Below are positions 12,531-25,014 of a stretch of DNA of 64,000 bases, piece by piece. How positions within the stretch are numbered: position 1 is the first letter of the stretch; each line of letters opens with the position of its first letter. The notes below the pieces were generated by a model. It worked only from the letters and a program-made list of their open reading frames with translations, did not search any database and was not told where the DNA came from. The stretch covers positions 117,056,001 to 117,120,000 of the forward strand of contig OZ024745.1 of assembly GCA_964016885.1 (NCBI GenBank). Reading direction: 5' to 3'. A program made the translations under genes and the position numbers. The DNA comes from Eledone cirrhosa. Taxonomy: Eukaryota.

Positions 12531-12788
12531 GCCATTTTGACGCTTACCATAGTAACGAAGACCGCAGTCCAAAATATATTTTCAAAAATTGAAATAATAC
12601 AAATTAGACATCTTAAAAATGAAAACGCTTCTAACAATTATCCAGCATTTGAAAAGTAATTTATTTCAGAAAATTTTGTTAGAATTATAGAAAACAATAT
12701 ATTTATATATAACTATATACATAAATACATATTATTCAGTGCGGAAATAACCGGAACTAGTTGTCAATTGTATAAAACTGATGCGATT
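12531..12788. promoter_or_regulatory. Candidate bidirectional promoter
   Basis: Lies between divergent genes. Contains YY1-like 'gccatttt' (12531), X-box-like 'cttaccatagtaac' (12543-12556), tandem ETS-like 'gcggaaat aaccggaact' (12741-12758), and a minus-strand donor-like 'atg|gtaagc' at 12547. Confidence 0.5.
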
Positions 12789-12866
12789 ATGGATTTTGAT
12801 TCAGTTAACAGCAAGATGAAGAAGTTTGCTATGTCAGCTGCTAGTGCCCTGAACAGGGCTGTGCAG
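12789..12866 (+). CDS. SH3GLB1: Endophilin-B exon 1 (amphipathic helix H0): MDFDSVNSKMKKFAMSAASALNRAVQ
   Basis: Matches the endophilin-B N-terminus (MDFN.KKLA.DA...SRAVQ). Ends CAG|gtaggt, phase 0. Confidence 0.9.
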
Positions 12867-13429
12867 GTAGGTTGCTCATTTACATATTTTTGATTTATTT
12901 CTTTTTCTGATGCATATATTTGCATATGTTGTCGAACCAGTTCTGTTATATCTCAACCTACTGGGGTGTGTGCATGAGAACAAGATACACCCTCTCAGTT
13001 TTTTTTAATATTTTTTCCTTTTGTTGACAAAAATAACTTGCGGAGACGCCACTTAATAAATAATATTTTTCTTTCCCCAATTACCAATTCCTTTAAACGG
13101 GTGGGAGTTTCTATTTAACGTAATCATTTCCTTAAATGATTATTTGTTTCACTTTTCAGTGTTTTTTTTTTTTTGTTTTTTTTTTTTTACACAATTTTTT
13201 ATTACTTTTTTTCTTCTTTTAACTTATTTTATCTTTTCTTAAATTAATTCTTTTTAACTACGATTCTTAATTCCCGGAAATGTTTAATTTAACCCCACCC
13301 TCACTCCGCAATCTGTCAGCTGACTTGTGTGTTGGCATTGTGTTTAGTTTAAGTTTTGCTTATTTAACTCTGTTCAGCAAACCTGATTTGACAGTTACCA
13401 TAGATAAACATGCTTCAAGTCAAATTACA

Positions 13430-13756
13430 TTCAACATACACACATGCATACAGACACACACATTCATACATACATACAGATACATACAAACATACAGGCG
13501 CACATACACACATACATACATACACATACACACACACACCTTCCCCCTCTCTCACTATATATATGTGTGAGTATATATAAATGTATACAGATTATTGTAT
13601 ATATATACATATACACAATAATCTATACATTTTTTGTGTATATAAATGTATACAAATTAGTGATTGTATATATGTATGGTATATGTATGTTATATATGAG
13701 TGATTGTGTGTGTATGTATAAACACTGCTTGTGTGCACACACAGTGTTTATGTATG

Positions 13757-13793
<37 letters not shown>

Positions 13794-13834
13794 TCATTGG
13801 TGATAGTGTGTGTGTGTACTTATATTAATGATTG

Positions 13835-13876
<42 letters not shown>

Positions 13877-13936
13877 CACGATCATTAATATAAGCATAAT
13901 AAAATACATGGAACTCCTTTAACCATCTTTTGATCT

Positions 13937-13973
<37 letters not shown>

Positions 13974-14125
13974 TTGGTGATAGTGTGTGTGTGTGTGTGA
14001 ATATATGTAGACCTAGTGATTGTACGTAGGTATATGCGTATATTTGTATGTTTATGTAGGCACACACCCACACACACTCTCACACATAGATAATGAAATT
14101 ATTATATATATATATATATATGTTC
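13430..14125. repeat. Compound (CA)n/(TA)n/(TG)n microsatellite region
   Basis: Directly visible dinucleotide and tetranucleotide tracts. Confidence 0.85.
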
Positions 14126-15979
14126 TTCTCTCACGATCCCGTGATAAACAGGCGAAACTCCACAGTAACAAGACTCACTATTTAGCCTTAATAAAATGAA
14201 TATATATAGAAAACATTTATACATGACCTCTATTTTAAACATTTCTTTTTATTGCAACTATTTCAATTTAGGAATATGAGCTTAACATTTAACCTATATC
14301 TTCTAGTTTATATTTATTTCAGAATAATTCTGCAAGTTATTTGAGTAATTAAAAATTGCCTTTCCTGGATTATCAAATTTGATGGGGTTTTTAAAAAAAA
14401 AATGTATATATTTGTGATAGTGAATATGTTATCTAAGTTATTTTATCCGTGTAGAAGTGACACATTGGAGTTCTGGTTTAAACAATACCTTTTCATTAAT
14501 TATATTTATTTGTATTGTTTGGAAATATTGTTCGTAAGACAAATTAACTGATAGTACTTCCTAGAGAATGTAAATATAAAGCCATATAATTAATATAATT
14601 AATTATGAACCTCACAAATATAATGCACAAAAATATATGATCAGAGCGAGAGAAAAGACGAAAGCCCGATCCCTCGTTTATCTTGGACTGTCACAGCTTC
14701 GCATCTGAAAAGAGACTAATAGCCCTGAAATATGCTAAAATACTCAAGAGTAAAACACCTTCGCAATTTTAGTTATATTGAAACTGCTATTGTAAAACTT
14801 CAGTGATATCTAAACAAACCGGCCTACAATGAATGGTGTCAAGCACTCCTTTTTAACATGTACTATCATTCTAAAGAAGCGAGGCGATAAACTAAATTGA
14901 TTTGCATTGATTTTGTTGGGAAGGTAAAGTGATACCTTACTGTAAAATGTAATCGCCCTTTCTTCCTTATTCTCTATATAATGCATATTTGTGAATCTGC
15001 CAGTCTGTAACTATAAAGCAGTATTTACTATTTAAATAGATTGGTTTACTTTTGAATAAGTGTTGACCTCTCTCACAGGCAATGTCAACATCACGTTATA
15101 ATGAATGGGAAATTTTTAAAAAATGTTTCTCTTTTTGTGTGTCTATTTTATTAGAGTTGAAGGAATGGAATATATTGTTAGTAATGACAGAAACGTATCC
15201 CCGAAAGCCAGTGCTCGTTGCTGTGATAGTGCTATCTTTGGTACAAGGCTGCACCATGCTAATAAGAAACTATTGTAATCGTCTGCTTTTCATTCCTCCT
15301 GCATTTAACAGTAACAAATTCAGCCAACACTTGTCGATATCCGCACGTGATGTATTAGGAGGAGGTGTAGTTCAGTTTATACATATGTAAGAGACGGGGA
15401 TGTTAGATTACCGAATTGAATCAATAACGTGTAACAATTATATCTTCGTGGGGAAAGAAGGAAGAAGGGGGGTCAAGAAGAATTAAAAATTCGATACACT
15501 TGTATTTTTTATAATATTTATGTATGGCTTAGTCAGAAGATGAAGGGCAGCATCCGTGACTTTATTGTAGAGGCTCTGAAGTAGGTAGGATGGGTGTGAG
15601 AATATAGATACTAACGAGTACACCGGGTATTTGGTTGGAATGCTTGCAGTAGTCGACTGTAAGAAAGATCACTAACAGTCAAGTTGTGGCATTAATTAAG
15701 GTTACAAACATCTATACCTTCTCAAATATATAATAATATACTAATGTATGCATTGTGGAAACTTTGGACTTATTATTCTAACCTTATATGTATATATTAA
15801 CATTTGACATTGAGAAGATTTCTCCAATTTCCTAAAGTCCTTTATTTTGAAGTTATCTATTTTATATCAAGGATAATATCGACTTTCCATCTCGTGTACG
15901 TGTTCACCTCAGTACAAGCTGTATTTTCTTCTTTATGAAGATTAATGACAATTGTTTGTTATTGAGGAACATGTATATT

Positions 15980-16190
15980 TTACACACACACACATAGACA
16001 CACACGCACACACACGCACACATAGACACACACGCATACACACATGCATACACACAGGCACACATACATACATACACACAGGCACACATACATACATACA
16101 CACAGGCACACATGCACATAGACACACATGCACATAGGCACATGCACACACACATGCACACACACATACAGACACACACACATAGATACA
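15980..16190. repeat. Degenerate (CA)n microsatellite
   Basis: Directly visible. Confidence 0.9.
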
Positions 16191-17370
16191 CCAGTGGTTT
16201 AAATGTAACATGTAGGTGTTACATCCACAGCTAGATCATTCCTTCAATTATTTCCTACTGTATTCCCCAGCAATGTTTATTATAAGCAGTTATTTCTATT
16301 GTTTTCCACTCAATCTGTAGACTGCGTTATTTTTGTTAGAATATGTAGTGTCTATTAATTGTTTCAATGTATGTCAAATAAGTTGTAATTTCTATCATGT
16401 GGGGGAGTATTAGATGTCCAATTTATAGTTTTAATTGACTTCAGTTTTAAAAATATAGTAAATGTTTATATATCCCAATAATTGCCAGGTGCATATCTAC
16501 ATTAGGAGTGACACAATTTTGTGTAGTTTTAATTAGTATGGCCTATTTATTAATTACACCAGTCTAGCACATATGTAGAGAAATCAATTTTGTGTGAATG
16601 CCATATTTTGTAATACAGTAGTGATTATAGTTTCAAACAGTGGGGTGGTTTACTTTGGTCAATCATCCATCACTTAATCGGTTTGCGTTTTTCTTGTTTT
16701 TTTTTTTTTTGTTTTTTTGTACCTTTTCTCGTTTCCCCAGCCCTGTAACACAAGGCAAATATATTGTATAGCTTTTCCTGGTGTTGAATTATTCTATAAA
16801 AGACTTTAGTCTTTATTCCACTTCACCATTTTATTTGGCATGAGGTAGCTGTAGTCAGACCATAGTCACACACCTCTCCACACTAAACAATACATTGTAT
16901 CATTCCTCTCTTTTCACTGGATAGATGAAATGAAATAAAACTACATTAACAATACTATGATACACTCCTCAAAAAAAAAAAATAATAATAAACTTTATCA
17001 TAAAATAAAGAAATTGTTTAAGAGGCAAACATAATCATTGTACACTTTATGAAAAACTAATTACTAATTATAAGGTGGTATAAACAGTCTTCAACATTTT
17101 TGTTAATTTTATGTTAGAGAGATGGTAGGTGAGAAATTAGAATATTATTCCTGAAAAGAAAATAAGGCTGATCAGTTTAATCAATAACTTCATTGCACAT
17201 CTCTTAGAGGGGTATTGATTAAAGATTTATGAGTTCCTGTCTTGTCCTAATAGTGAATAAACTTCTGTATTCCTATCTTTTAAACATTACTTTATCATTT
17301 AGTCTCTTTTTTTTTATACTATAGATTAGTTAAAATATAGATTTTATAACCTGGTGACAGATGCACTTTT

Positions 17371-17413
<43 letters not shown>

Positions 17414-17529
17414 GTGTGTGTGTGTTGTAATCGGTGTTCGTGTTATTTTTGTTTTTTAGTCTCCATCTTATTTTTGTAAATGATTTTTCTATCTGAGATA
17501 AGCATTCTATCATATTTACATTACTATAT

Positions 17530-18262
17530 GTGGCATTATATAGACACAGAACTCTGGAAATTATTGATATTAGAACACAAATCCTCCATTCACATTATGC
17601 CAAACCCATGACCTCCAAGTGCCTGATCCACCACATTAAAATCAAGATACTGATTGCAGATTTAGTAAGAGTGATGAGGAACGTGTCCCATATGTGCAAC
17701 CCCAAAGAATTAGAGAGACACATACACTTCATCCACTGCATGCAGTTCTCTGGCTACAATCAAACAGGATCAGAGTATAAAGTATCTAGAACCAAATGGG
17801 AAAAGATTGTAGAAAATGATGCAAATGGAACTTGCCCTGTGTATAGGAGCAAATTTTGGAATAAAATAGAAATGATTAGGAAAAAGGCAAATAAAATCAA
17901 CTCTTGGTATGATAGCAATAAATACCAGTGTAATGTTTGTCAATAGGTTACAGATTTAGAAGACCTAGACAAGCTAAAATTAAATGTTAAGAGAGTTGAA
18001 AGACCAGGTAAACCCTAATTTGCAAAACATGTCCATTTCAAAGAACCTCCTGCACTGATAGGAAATGCATAGTCTACAAACTGCAAAACTATGAATGTAG
18101 TATGTAGCATAAGATGTACTGAGGGACTGTGTAGGAATAAGAATATAACATACATAGGTGAAACAGTCCTTAGCATAGGAGACAGGATAAGTGAACATTG
18201 GCGAGATCTCCAGGATGGAGAAATCTCATCAGTACTCCAACATGCCAAATTAGAACATTAAA
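17530..18262 (+). mobile_element. Penelope-like element remnant (RT thumb + GIY-YIG endonuclease)
   Basis: LYRHRT...HSH...K...IADLVR resembles the thumb region. Then CKTMNVV(C)...C...C...YIGET...DRISEH...SSVLQHAKLEH, the typical Penelope GIY-YIG pattern. Stops and frameshifts present. Confidence 0.75.
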
Positions 18263-18266
18263 GAAC

Positions 18267-18425
18267 ATCGTCATCATCATCATCATCAACGTTTAACGTC
18301 CGTGTTCCACGCTTGCATGGGTTTGGACGGGGGTAGTCCCACTTGAGGCAAGAGTGATTGTCTTGCTCGCATAGGACTGTCTGGCAGGTTTTCTACAGTT
18401 GGATGCCCTTCCTAACACCAACCAC
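18267..18425 (-). mobile_element. RTE family B 3' tail fragment
   Basis: Reverse complement of 21785-21944, with the (GAT)n tail. Confidence 0.85.
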
Positions 18426-18659
18426 TAGATAAAAATTATATCCACACACAGAAAAGATGCAATGCCCAGACAAATTACAGAGGCGATAAACATAAACAAA
18501 CTCCAACCAAAATTGAACGGAAAACATGAGTGGATTAGCAACATTACAACTAGTAATTAAGGACAAAATGAAGACATACAGACACACACAAAAATCAAAC
18601 TAATGAAACAAATCGGACACAAACAGATAGAACAAACAACCAACTGGTGACAAATAAAC

Positions 18660-18849
18660 ACGCACACGCACACGCACACGCACGCGCACACAAACCAAGC
18701 GCACACACACACACACAGATGTTACGCATGCACAAACCAAGCGCACGCGCACACACACACACACACACACACACAGATGTTACGCATGCACAAACCAAGC
18801 GCACACACACACACACACACAGATGTTACGCATGCACAAACCAAGCGCA

Positions 18850-18905
<56 letters not shown>

Positions 18906-19061
18906 TGTTACGCATGCACAAACCAAGCGCACGCGCACACACACACACACACACACAGATGTTACGCATGCACAAACCACGCGCACACACACACACACAC
19001 ACACACACAGATGTTACGCATGCACAAACCAAGCGCACGCGCACACACACACACACACACA
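18660..19061. repeat. Minisatellite: 'gatgttacgcatgcacaaaccaagcgcacgcg' + variable (CA)n, 6 units
   Basis: Directly visible; units start near 18718, 18776, 18822, 18904, 18958 and 19010. Confidence 0.9.
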
Positions 19062-19267
19062 AGATGGTGTGGGAGAGAGACAAAATAAAAACATAGAATG
19101 TGACAAAAGAGCTTTGACAATATATAAACCAACCAACTGGAAATTTATAAGTTGAAGCAAAAAACCAACAGGTGCGTGTGTTTTTATTGGCAGCATAACC
19201 CTCCCAAAGTATAAAAATGTTTCTACACACGTTTTCAGACAAGAAATCTTGTATAACAAATTAAAAA

Positions 19268-19318
<51 letters not shown>

Positions 19319-20145
19319 TATTACCATTTGAAGGTCAGTAAAAAATGAATAGAGGTAGGAAGAAGTGGTGTAAATGTGTGGCTGTTGAACTAATAATTAT
19401 TTCTAATTTAGGTACATGGCCAACAATTTATGGGAAGGAGAACATCAATTACATTGAACCTCAGTTTGTGACTGATACTCTATTTTATCGCCCTCGGAAG
19501 TATGAAATGCAAAGTTGTCCTCAGTGGGGTTTGATTTCATAACAAAGGGCTGTAACTAAATGCTTCAAAACACTTTCTGATGCTCCAATTCTGCCAATCC
19601 ATTGCTCTAATAATGGTAGGAATTAATGAACTTAAGGACACATGATTAAACTATTTTGAGCCTGCAAACGAAGAGATACCTGTTATATTTTAATGTATTT
19701 GCAATAGCTAGATTGTTAATACTTAATATCTTGACAGTTTTATTGCGTCTTTTGTTGATATATTACATCAGTTTTTATAAACTTCAGAACATCTGTAACA
19801 TATAAGGTTTTGTCTCTGAAAAGAGACTGTCATTGAGTTAAAAGTTACAGGACTTGACCACAGGCTTCTCAGTTCAATATGCCTACTGGCATTTTTTTAA
19901 GCTGTTAGCATATTATTTTTCTAGACTGAAAATATGTGCCATTCCCACTATATACAGAGTGTTCCTCCAAAATGTATACACACTTCAACAGCATTCTAAT
20001 CAAAGTGTGTATACATTTTTTGGGATATCCTGTATTTATCTGATCAGCAGATAAATATATAAAATAATTGCTTGCACAATTACAATTCTTTTCATAAAAC
20101 CCACATGATTCATACTAGGATAAAGGAAAAGATGGCATGGTTCAT

Positions 20146-20345
20146 NNNNNNNNNNNNNNNNNNNNNNNNNNNNNNNNNNNNNNNNNNNNNNNNNNNNNNN
20201 NNNNNNNNNNNNNNNNNNNNNNNNNNNNNNNNNNNNNNNNNNNNNNNNNNNNNNNNNNNNNNNNNNNNNNNNNNNNNNNNNNNNNNNNNNNNNNNNNNNN
20301 NNNNNNNNNNNNNNNNNNNNNNNNNNNNNNNNNNNNNNNNNNNNN
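20146..20345. other. Assembly gap (200 N)
   Basis: Run of N adjacent to a long TA array. Confidence 1.
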
Positions 20346-20880
<535 letters not shown>

Positions 20881-21944
20881 ATTTTACATGTGGCCGGTGC
20901 TCTGGTGCAATAAGTAGCAGCAAGTGCCCACAAACTACTAGCTCTTTCAATTGCGCAGAGGGTTCTATAGAAATAGTGGACAGCTTCCGTTACCTGGGCG
21001 ATAAAATCAGCAGTGGGGGAGGGTGCTCTGAAAGTACTGTAGCTAGAGTCAGAACTGGTTGGAAAAAGTTCAGAGAGCTTATACCACTATTAGCTGCTAA
21101 AGGGTTCTCACTAAAAATGAAAGGCAGGTTGTACGATGCCTGCATACGAACAGCAATGCTGCATGGCAGTGAGACCTGGGCATTGTGTGCAGAGGATATA
21201 CGCAGACTAGAGAGGAACGAAGCTTGCATGCTCCGCTGGATGTGTAACAGTAATATACGTGAACGGCAAAGCATAAACGAACTAAGGAATAAATTAGAGA
21301 TAAGAGGGATCAGATGTTGTTTACTCGAGAGAAGGCTACGTTGGTTTGGACACGTGATGCGCATGAAAGTCGATAGCTGTATAACAAAGTGCAGGGCAAT
21401 AAAGATAGACGGTAGTCTAGGCAGACCTAGAAAAACCTGGGACGAGCTGATAAACTCCGACATCACACACTTACACCTCTCCAAGACAATGTCACTGGAC
21501 CGAGACCTTTGGCGGTACTCAGTAACAGAGAAGACCCGCCTTACCTAAATATATAGTAAAACCTACTCCAGCCAGTAGGCATCTCTAACAAATACACCCC
21601 GTCCCCACCACCCCCACCCGATCCACACCACCCCGTTCTATGTAAAGTTATGTTGGTGCCGCGCCATCGAGGCCGAAACAAATGAGATCGTGTAGGTGTC
21701 ACGACAAAAAAACACACAGTCCACGCTGTAATGTGGCCGTGTAGGCAACACGGTAAAAACCTCCCAGACCCACACTGTAAATGTGGTTGGTGTTAGGAAG
21801 GGCATCCAACTGTAGAAAACCTGCCAGACAGTCCTATGCGAGCAAGACAATCACTCTTGCCTCAAGTGGGGACTACCCCCGTCCAAACCCATGCAAGCGT
21901 GGAACACGGACGTTAAACGTTGATGATGATGATGATGATGATGA
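20881..21944 (+). mobile_element. RTE LINE family B, 5'-truncated 3' part (C-terminal ORF + 3' UTR + (GAT)n)
   Basis: Open frame DSFRYLGDKISSGGG...LYDACIRTAMLHGSETWAL...RRLRWFGHVMRM...GRPRKTW. Tail 'ggacgttaaacgt(tga)n'. Flanked by TA arrays on both sides. Confidence 0.92.
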
Positions 21945-21972
21945 TATATATATATATATATTTATATATATT

Positions 21973-22042
<70 letters not shown>

Positions 22043-22058
22043 TATATATATATATATA

Positions 22059-22096
<38 letters not shown>

Positions 22097-22109
22097 TATA
22101 TATATATAT

Positions 22110-22911
22110 ATATTAGAATGATCGAGTATCGAAAAATCGGCGCACGAGTTCACGATAAACAAAATTCGAAATGAGCGGCAGAGGGCTCAATAATTCAGAT
22201 GAATCAGAGCTATAACTATCGTTAAAATACCGTCACACATAGAACAAGTCTAAAATCAACCATACGATAAAAAATCGATAATAGAAGATTCGGGACAATC
22301 AGATAAAAAATATCAATAAAACAATACATCAATAATTTAAATGAATGTAAAATCATACCCGGACCCACTAGAAAGGTGTTAAATCTAGCTTCTTGGGTTT
22401 CTGTAAATCCTTAGACTGTACTCTATCAGCTCACATATAAATATATAAGACTTCTAGAGCAAGCGGGACTGGAAGTTTACTTCTTCAACGAGTTTCGTCC
22501 TAGCGGATAAGAAGCTAACTACAAGCAAAATACGCACATGGAATCCGGCAAGGGAGATAACCTCTACATCCGCGAAAACTATTCGAGGAAATGTGGAAAA
22601 ACACATATCGAATAAAAAGTGCTCAATAGACATGTTAAAATAAAACAGGAGCTATTCATCACTCAATAGAATCGACAAAAAATGAGCAATAAAATTAACT
22701 GGTGGATAGCTATGTCCAGAGCTAAAAATATTAGAATGATCGAGTATCGAAAAATCCGGCGCACGAGTTCACGATAAACAAAATTCGAAATGAGCGGCAG
22801 AGGGCTCAATAATTCAGATGAATCAGAGCTATAACTATCGTTAAAATACCGTCACACATAGAACAAGTCTAAAATCAACCATACGATAAAAAAATCGATA
22901 ATAGAAGATTC

Positions 22912-22915
<4 letters not shown>
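22110..22915. mobile_element. Non-coding ~806 bp element with ~187 bp direct terminal repeats, inserted in (TA)n
   Basis: 22110-22295 is almost identical to 22728-22915. The element is CpG-rich relative to its flanks and has TA arrays on both sides. Confidence 0.75.
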
Positions 22916-22959
<44 letters not shown>

Positions 22960-23819
22960 GCCTATAGTTGTTTTGTCAGCCCAGTAAGATTTAAACTCCC
23001 AACATAACTAAATAATGCAATTCATTTTTTATGATACTCAACACACTCTTCCATCCACTTCCATTTTGAATAATATCAATATTGCTATCTTTTCTTTTCT
23101 TTACAAAATACTTTACAAAAGTATTTGGATTCATCACTGTAAAACATTTGATAGCTTGAACAATACTTGGACAGTCTCTGTCATTCAGATGAACAGCTGC
23201 ATTATTATCTATTGTTATATCGAACAAGACTATTGAGAGATAAGAGTTTCAGAGAAAATATCAACTTGGCAGTGGCTTTCATGTGTTGACTCGTGAAGAA
23301 AATAGCACTTTAACAAATAATTTGATCTCTTGATATTGGTCACATGTGATTGGTCATCATTTCATTTTACGTCTGCTTTTTCCCTGCTTGCAAGGGTTTT
23401 AAAATTGATTTGGAGGACAAGGAATTACATATTTTTGTATAAATAAAATAAAATAACATTTGTATTCATGCTGTGAATGATCCCTTTTTTTAAATTTTTT
23501 TTTTTTTTTTAATTAGCTTATTTTCCACCCCCATCCCATGCCCTACTTACCTTGAAGTATGAAGGGAGAAGAGATTTCCTCCCAGCATGGTTCACAAGCC
23601 CTATTGTGAGTCTGCTGCTAAGTTCTCAATCAGATCTTCACCAGTTTGCCACACTCCATACAAACCCCTTTTTTCTGGCTTGCACTGGTCTCAAGGGCAT
23701 GCTCAGTACTAACCACAACAAAATACTAGGTAAACCATATTCTACTGAACCCAACAGAACTTTTCTTTTTTTTTTTTTTTTCTTGTTCTATGAAATAATT
23801 TGCATGAACAATTTTCTTT

Positions 23820-24085
23820 CATCCTCTCGCTCTTCGCCCCCACCCCTTTCTCTCTCTTCACCCCCACCCCTTTCTCTCTCTTCACCCCCCACCCCCTTTC
23901 TCTCTCTTCACCCCCCTCTCTTCACCCCCCCCCCCTCCCTCTCGTCAACCCCACCCCCTCCCTCTCTTCAACCCACCCCCTCTCCCTCTCTTCAACCCAC
24001 CCCCTCTCCCTCTCTTATCTCCATCCCCCTCTCTCTTGCTCTTTTGCTCTCTCTCTCGCTCTCTTTCTCTCTCTCTTGCTCTCTT
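23820..24085 (+). repeat. C/T-rich polypyrimidine low-complexity tract
   Basis: Repeats of 'ctctctcttcacccccacccc' and similar units. Confidence 0.85.
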
Positions 24086-24321
24086 ATCATTTATTTATTT
24101 ATTTTCTAGTTATGTTTAGTTTTTAATTTAATTAAGACTGAAAGAGATTCTATTTCTGTCCTTATTTATTGACTTCTATAAATGATATCTTTTCAAATGA
24201 TTCTGTTTCTTAAGAATTTATCTCAATAAAACCCACTTCTGAATAGCATATGTTTGTGTGTGTTTATGACATTTTGTAATTTCTTCACTTTTGAGAACAT
24301 TTTATCTCTTTTTATTTTTAG

Positions 24322-24463
24322 TACACAGAGGAAAAACTTGGTCAGGCAGAAAAGACTGAATTAGATGCTCATTTTGAGAATTTACTTCAACGATCTGAAA
24401 AAACAAGACAATGGACAGAAAAACTGCTTCGGTCCTCTGAGACTTTACTTCAGCCAAATCCCA
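24322..24463 (+). CDS. SH3GLB1: Endophilin-B exon 2: YTEEKLGQAEKTELDAHFENLLQRSEKTRQWTEKLLRSSETLLQPNP
   Basis: Signature TEEKLGQAEKTELDAH.ENLL...WTEK...LLQPNP. Splice sites tttttag| and |gtaagt; 142 nt, phase 0 to phase 1. Confidence 0.96.
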
Positions 24464-25014
24464 GTAAGTATTTTATATTTAGATAAATGATTTTCTTTTT
24501 CTTGTTATTTTAAGCTTTATTATTCCAAGAGTGTCTTTGTTCAATTCATTAACAATAGTAGCTTTTTAGATAGAAAAAGATTTGCTTAACAAGTTTATTT
24601 TGGTTTTCACATGAAAAATAAGTTTTTTTTCTTTTCTATTTCTTTTTTTTTTTATACAACTCATTCAGAATAGAATTGCAGTTTTAAATAATAGTAAATA
24701 ATATAAAGTCTTAGATATGTGAATCCTAGGCTACATAAAGTTAAGTTTCAGTGGTAGAACTTGATTCTCTTGTCATCTGCATTGTTAATTGAAACCCTCT
24801 TGTTACACAAGTATTTCTGGTTTATTTAGTAAATAAACTCTATCAGCTGTTTTTACTTTTGATTGTGCACAGCTTGTATTTGACATTTTGGGATTATTTT
24901 ATATAATTGAAACAATTGTAAATTTATTAGTGAAAACCATGATGGGTAATCTCATAATTCACTGAATCTAAAGTGTTGTTGTTCACTGTCATGTTAATTG
25001 TGAAGCTGTTGACG

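Noticed and set aside
14695-14745. 'ctgaaaagagactaatagccctgaaatatgc', a possible hammerhead relic
   Set aside because: Core mutated, stem II mostly unpaired and no convincing stem I; too degenerate to call.
22420-22520. Minus-strand 'tccgctaggacgaaac' resembling hammerhead stem II + GAAA
   Set aside because: No CTGANGA upstream of stem II; the nearby 'ctgataga' and 'ttgaaga' do not give a consistent three-stem topology.
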